Shown one piece after another: positions 58,334 to 64,000 of a DNA stretch of 64,000 nt. The position numbers and the translations under genes are program-made. This DNA is from Chrysemys picta bellii (Eukaryota): positions 10,044,001 through 10,108,000 of the forward strand of contig NC_088813.1 in NCBI RefSeq assembly GCF_011386835.1, read 5' to 3'. A model generated the notes under the pieces. It was not told the origin of the DNA. It saw only the letters and a list, made by a program, of their open reading frames with translations, and did not search any database. Each line of letters opens with the position of its first letter. Positions within the stretch are counted from its first letter, which is position 1.

Positions 58334-58514
58334 AGAATCATAGAATATCAGGGTTGGAAGGGACCTCAGGAGGTCATCTAGTCCAACCCGCTGCTCAAAG
58401 CAGGACCAATCCCCAGACAGATTTTTACCCCGTTCCCTAAATGGCCCCCTCAAGGATTGAACTCACCACCCTGGGTTTAGCAGGCTAATGCACAAACCAC
58501 TGAGCTATCCCTCC
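58334..58514 (-). mobile_element. tRNA-derived turtle SINE with CR1-derived 3' tail
   Basis: Minus strand starts ggagggatagctcagtgg (A box)...gagttcaatcc (B box) and ends ttggactagatgacctcctgaggtcccttccaaccctgatattctatgattct. Confidence 0.88.
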
Positions 58515-59445
58515 ACCCAACAGCACAGAGAGGGAGAGACTGACATAGCTTGGTTCAAGCATTGGGCTGCATGAATTTATTTTTCCTCATAACACATGGT
58601 GACTTATATATTCGACTCTCATTTGGTAAATTCAAGGATCTAAATTTAAGCATATTGCATTCGAAGAGGGTGTGTGGAGATCAGGGAGTGGTGGAAAGTT
58701 GTACCCTTTAAGGCTGTTTGTTTTTCATTTGCCACAGTGGTAGCCACTGCTAGCCCAGGCCTCAAGGGTAGAGCAATGTAATGGTCACATGCAGCGTGAC
58801 ATTGAACTTGTATGTAAAAGCCACATCAAAGCTTTACTCCGGAGGTCTGATGTGAGACTAATTTGGCATCTACATTCAGTTCCCTGAAAACATCTGCAAT
58901 CGAAATGAAAAGAGAAACAAAATCAGTTTTTCCTTCAGTGCTTTTTGCATATGACATGACGCTGTTTGCCAGCCACATTCAGCAACAGCTGTGCCACCCT
59001 TGCCAAATCCCGTGAATTTGCTTTAGCACCAAGTAGCTTAGAGCTCACTGTCTTGGTCAGCTGCTTGTCTCATGATCAGTTAGTTGTCATCTCCTCCTAG
59101 GCACGATGTGTTTTGAAATGGATATGGCTTATTCTTAGAGCCTAGTTTAAGCCCAGAGAATGCAAGACGAAAGGGAAATTGTTCAAAAGAGGGTAGAATG
59201 TGTAAAGGGAAACTGCCAGCTAGCACCACCCGCCTTCTGAACAACTTCAGAGTCTGAATCTCCCTCCATTTGCCCTGGGGAAGCTCTTCTGAAGGTTATA
59301 GTGACTCTGAAGCCACTAAAAGTAGCATTTTAAAAAGTAAGTGGCTTTTCTGGCTTGGTGCTTCCTTTTGGAAGGCACTTAAAACTCGATGATTAAAGCA
59401 TGAGTACAGGCACTGCAGGGAACATTGCCCTGGTCAGGGGTTGGG

Positions 59446-59779
59446 CAGCCGTTCTCAAACTTCATTGCACCGTGACCCCCTTCTGACAACAAAAATTACT
59501 ATATGACCCCAGGAGCGGGGACCGAAGCCTGAGCCTGCCTGAGTCCCGCTGCCCAGGGTGGTATGGCCAAAGCCAAAGCCTGAGGGCTTCAGCCCTGGGT
59601 AGGGGGCCTGTAACCTGAGCCCTGTCACCACGGGCCAAAGCCTGAGCCTTGCCACCCAGGGCTTGAAGCCCTCGGGCTTCAGCTTTAGCCCCAGCAAGTC
59701 TAACGCCAGCCCTGGTGACCCCATTAAAACAGGGTCATGACCCACTTTGGGGTCCCCACCCACAGTTTGAGAACCGCTG
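59446..59779. mobile_element. hAT (Charlie-type) MITE
   Basis: cagccgttctcaaact / agtttgagaaccgctg; related to 54248-54464; no TSD found. Confidence 0.75.
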
Positions 59780-59909
59780 GGCTAGATGATCCAGGTCTCG
59801 TCCTTCTCTGAGGATTCTTAGACGCGGGCTGGAGACAAAGTTACTGTGACAATGGCTCTACGTGTGACATGAGACCTTCTTGTTCTTCAGGTGCCTGAGG
59901 TGGTGAGCC

Positions 59910-61005
59910 ATGCTGGGCAGGAGAACAAGACACCCCCAAGAAATCAGCAAGCACCGGATGAACCTGTCCCACCAGGATGCTGTGCCCCAAAGGATCAGCC
60001 CATCCAAAGAGTGTGACATCAGCCTGGAGGTGTTCAGCAAATCCACACCTGAACTCAAACAGAGCCGCAAGCTGGCACAGCAAGCCCGGGACAGGAGAGC
60101 CCGCAAAGCTGACCTCAAAGACTCCAACGGGAGGGAGGCAGAAACAATTACCTTTATTTCTGGCACAGCAGAGGCTCCCCAGACCCAGAGCTTGTGCTGT
60201 CTTTCTTTGTCTCAGGCCTGGAACGCCTCCAAGGCTGTTCTCTGCTGTATAGTGACCTGTGGGGGCTGCTTTAAGAATTGCGGCATTCACATCCCCTGCC
60301 TGGGTCACACTGAGACTTCGATTGATGATGGAAGAAACAGAGAGCAAAATGGGCGTGTGCCTAGCAACAGCCCTGCCAACATCTCCCCCGTTGAAAAGAA
60401 TGGGAACCAGATCAAAAAGAACACTATGGGGAGCAGTTTCAGTTACCCAGATGTGAAACTGAAGGGGATCCCTGTCTATCCGAACCGGAGCCCTGGCAAC
60501 CATACAGATGCAGATTCGTGCTACAAAGAGCCCCTGCCAGAGAAGACCTTCAGGAACAGCATAGAAAAGCCACCACTCCCCAGCAGCCACCGGAGCTCGG
60601 AGGAGTATTACTCCTTCCACGAGTCTGATCTGGACCTGAGTGAGTTGAGCAGCTCTATGTCCAGCAAAGAGATCGATGTCTTGATCTTCAAGAAACTGAC
60701 GGAGCTCTTCAGCGTCCACCAGATTGACGAGCTGGCCAAGTGCACGTCAGACACTGTCTTCCTGGAGAAGACCAACAAGATCTCAGACCTGATCAATAGC
60801 ATCACTCAGGACTACAACCTGGATGAGCAGGATGCTGAGTGCCGGCTAGTCCGAGGCATTATACGCATCAGCACCCGGAAGAGCAGGGTCCGGCCCCCCA
60901 TTTCCATTCCTGCCACCAAGAGCCACGAGGAGAAGGCAAGCAGAGGAAACGCACCGGACAGCGGCAATGAAACCATGCTGGAGTCCCTAATCACCAGCCA
61001 AGACG
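59910..61005 (+). CDS. KDF1: Keratinocyte differentiation factor 1, first coding exon (exon starts 59891)
   Basis: ETITFISGTAE, MGSSFSYPDVKLKGIPVYP, SEEYYSFHESDLDL and EIDVLIFKKLTELFSVHQIDELAKCTSDTVFLEKT are KDF1 motifs. Acceptor ttcttgttcttcag; donor G|GTACGT. Confidence 0.97.
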
Positions 61006-62306
61006 GTACGTGCAAGTCCCTTGTCCACACTAGCTTTGCAGCTCAGTTCCCTGTGTTTGAGAGCTGGGTTCACCTTGGGATATGGAACCCCAGACTCGTG
61101 AGAGCTCCTGCTTTGGAGTTTGCAGGGAGTAGAGTTGGAAACTGAACTGTAGCATCAAGGTTATTTTCCTGAATTGGGGGAGTCTCATTCTCCTTCTAAA
61201 CCCTGAAGTTGGCCACTTAATACTACCCATGTCCCTGAGAACCCACTTTGCAGCTATTATCCTTCTGCATAACTCACCATACTTTACTCTGCCAGAGGGG
61301 TTTGCGCTGAGTGATATAAGGGGCTGGCCATACACTAGTCCTGGCTCGGCTCCCTAACCCCATCTTAGGAAGCAAAGCCATGAGTCAAACTCAGGTCACT
61401 GGGATGATCAGATCTGGCATATGCCAGAGCACTTCCACTAAGGCTAGTAAGTTGGCCTTCTTAATTAAGCTTTGACCAATGTTGTTCTTGGATAATGTTC
61501 ACCTCCTGATGCTTTCTTCCCCATGCCTCATTCTCAAGCCAAAGGAATCTCAGTTTCTCTGCCTGTAGCATGAAGGAACTTTCCCAACCCAGTAACAACT
61601 CTGAAACAGAGTTGTCTATCAACAACCTTGGAAAGCTGGCTGGGCTGGGGGGTGGTTTCACCATGTTAATTTTCTAATCTCTTTCATTCCGCTTCCGGAA
61701 AGCCTTTCCTTCCCCCACTCTCACCCTTAACTTAGACTCCAGTAACGTAACCTGATACACTTCCAGACTTCTGAACTGCACATTGAGACCGGTCACTAGC
61801 TTGTCCCCTATCGTTCTTCTCTTAGGTGTTAGTTACCTGCAAGTATCTCAAATGCTGCCTAACCCTGAAAGAAAGGGGGGAAACTGCCGACAGAGTGTGA
61901 GGGCCTCTTTCTTTGGAATATGCACCCCTCCTTGTCCGAGTACCTGAAACTGCTCACCTGCAGGACATGCCACAAGGCGCGCTGTCTTAGGGCTCTTGAA
62001 GAAGCAAATATTGTTGGATGTGATGGGGAAAGAGTAAGACTATTCTATTTTTGGGCTGGCTGGTTATGTAGTTTTAGGGGTGCTGTTCCTTTAGCCTATT
62101 TAAATAGTTGTCAGAAGCACAAGAATGTTTCTTAAACCTAAAGAATAAAGAAGTAGTGAGCTTAGCCCTGATAGCCAGCTGGATACGTGCAAGTGATAGT
62201 GGCTATTGGGAGAGAGCGTTATATGATGCTGGCAGCTGTGTCTGCACATGGCACCATATACACCTTCAGTCTTTCCCCTCTCAGCACTCCTCAATTTTCT
62301 TTCCAG

Positions 62307-62381
62307 ATTTGGCTGTGCAGATATCAGAGGAAACCACAGCAGATGTGATAGCCAGGAACATGAGACCGTTCAGCGCTGCAG
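62307..62381 (+). CDS. KDF1: KDF1 internal coding exon (75 nt)
   Basis: tttctttccag|AT TTG GCT GTG CAG... gives DLAVQISEETTADVIARNMRPFSAA, then G|GTAAC; phase 1 at both ends. Confidence 0.95.
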
Positions 62382-63265
62382 GTAACACCTCCGGGTCTCT
62401 CTCAGTGAGAAAGCAAAAGCTCTTCCAACTTCCAGCTGTGACTTTGGGAGGTGGCACTTATTGAATAGAGGCCATTTCCTTCCTTGGGAGGACCCAGGAG
62501 AGTCCCCAGATATACTGCAGTGGTGAGGGAGCTTCCCAAAACCTCCCCTACTGCACATGGCCTCAGTTCCCAGTCTGTAACACAAGACTAGTACCCACCT
62601 CTCGGGGTGTTGTGAAGCTTACGGCTGGACTCTAGAAATGCAGGGTGGTGGCGTTGAACCTGTGCTTGAGCCTCATGATGCTCCTCATTTAGACCTTTAC
62701 TGGTGCAAAAGAGAAGGAAACAAAGATCAGAGTTTATACAACTCCCTCCCCACACTTCTCCTAGGGCCTGAGACCAAGCCTGAGCGTTTTCAGTCCCCAA
62801 ACCTTCTGACAAAGTTTGAAGGGAAGTGAAAGCATAGTTAGGATGGGATTTTGACTTCAGTCTGAGGGTAACTTGCAGCGAAGTGAAGCAGCAGGGGCGA
62901 ATTATTTACCAGCAGATGCCTTGGGCTCCGTTCCTCTCCCATGTTGCTTTGAATGTTTTGCATCAGAGAGCGGCCTTAGGCTGAGCTGTTAGTTCCCCTG
63001 TGTGTGTGAAGTGACAGGATCTCTTCTGAAAGTTGCCTCTGATACTCTGGGCTATTCCCTGCCTCAGGGGGTCGTCATGCTGCTTTCTCTTCCCTCGAGT
63101 TACGCAAGCCCCCTCGTATACGAGATACGTATTTGAGAACGCAAGACCCTTCATGGCAGCTGTATCTGTCTAGCTCCTGAGGATTTTGCTGCTGAGTCTG
63201 TGCCATTTTATGTGAACTTATCCTTTCCCACCCTCTCCCCCCCCCCTTTTTTTTTATTTCTCAAG

Positions 63266-63348
63266 GGTCTCCAATGAGCAGAGCTTCCTCCTACCAGGAC
63301 ACAGAGACTGATTCGTCTGGAGCACCGCTGCTTCAGGTTTACTGTTAG
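63266..63348 (+). CDS. KDF1: KDF1 last coding exon; total protein 417 aa
   Basis: Poly-T tract and aag| acceptor, then GSPMSRASSYQDTETDSSGAPLLQVYC-TAG, matching the KDF1 C-terminus. Confidence 0.95.
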
Positions 63349-64000
63349 GATAATGGACCAAGGCAGCGCTCTGTGGCGGGAGAGGTCGCTGGGCCTTACG
63401 GCACACAGAGCTCCTCCTCTCTTTGAATATAAAATGTGCTATGCCACTTTATTTTCTTCAGTTCTCTTTTTCCCTTGTTAAAGTTCAACTTGCCCCTCAA
63501 TCTGTGGGGCGCATTGGATTTTTTTTATGTGGGGGATCATAAAAGAACCTTGAGGAAATGGACCATGAATCTAGTGAACTTACTCAGACGGTGGGACGTG
63601 AGTTCTGGGAACAGAAGATGGACCAGGGGATCCTGACAAAGGGAATTTGTTCTGCCTTTGTGGGAACGTGCAGTTCTACTTCCACGCTTGGAGTGCAGTT
63701 TTAGTACCCAGCCAGACGTCAGCCATCCAGCTGTTGCCCAGCGCCAAAAGTCAGCTGTACAGTTTTTGCCCTTCCGGCACTGTAGATGTTAATGTATGTT
63801 GTGTAGCTTTGTTGATGATCTTTCCCCCACCCCAGGAATGTCTTTCCATTGTAGCAATTCTGTTGAGGCGAACACCAAGGCTGTAAGAACACCCAGCTGT
63901 TTAAGATCCCAGATCTCTACTTACTGTTGCTGGCCTTGATGGTCCCAGAGGCTGAGTCCTCTATGCACAGTAGCCAGACAAGCTTTCTTGACAAAGTGCC

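Noticed and set aside
58455-58514. tRNA-like sequence with A and B boxes
   Set aside because: It is the head of a SINE fused to a CR1 tail, not a tRNA gene.
59841-60719. 292-aa minus-strand ORF
   Set aside because: Antisense shadow of the KDF1 coding exon.
61006-61145. C-terminal 46 aa of the 411-aa ORF
   Set aside because: Read-through into the intron; a donor at 61006 and downstream exons supply the conserved KDF1 C-terminus.

Overview
Vertebrate genomic DNA whose repeats (CR1 LINEs, a tRNA/CR1-tailed SINE, Penelope-like elements, hAT and Harbinger-type MITEs, AmnSINE1, MIR) point to a turtle. Two protein-coding genes are recognisable and lie head-to-head. TRNP1 is on the minus strand with a single coding exon (34512-35021, 169 aa). 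KDF1 is on the plus strand: probable non-coding exon 1 in a CpG island near 52.5 kb, coding exons 59910-61005, 62307-62381 and 63266-63348 (417 aa), and a 3'UTR that runs off the window. The rest is repeat-rich intergenic or intronic DNA. The most notable points are: (i) at least eight short Penelope terminal-repeat insertions, several with minimal hammerhead-ribozyme cores, one forming a perfect 55-bp hairpin with a 15-bp target-site duplication (TSD); (ii) a reptilian TRNP1 with a much shorter N-terminus and a G-rich minisatellite just after its stop codon; (iii) phase-compatible exon-like segments at 6-20 kb that may be an unannotated gene (speculative). There are no prokaryotic features or CRISPR arrays. 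Family names come from recalled consensus sequences, not from a database search.
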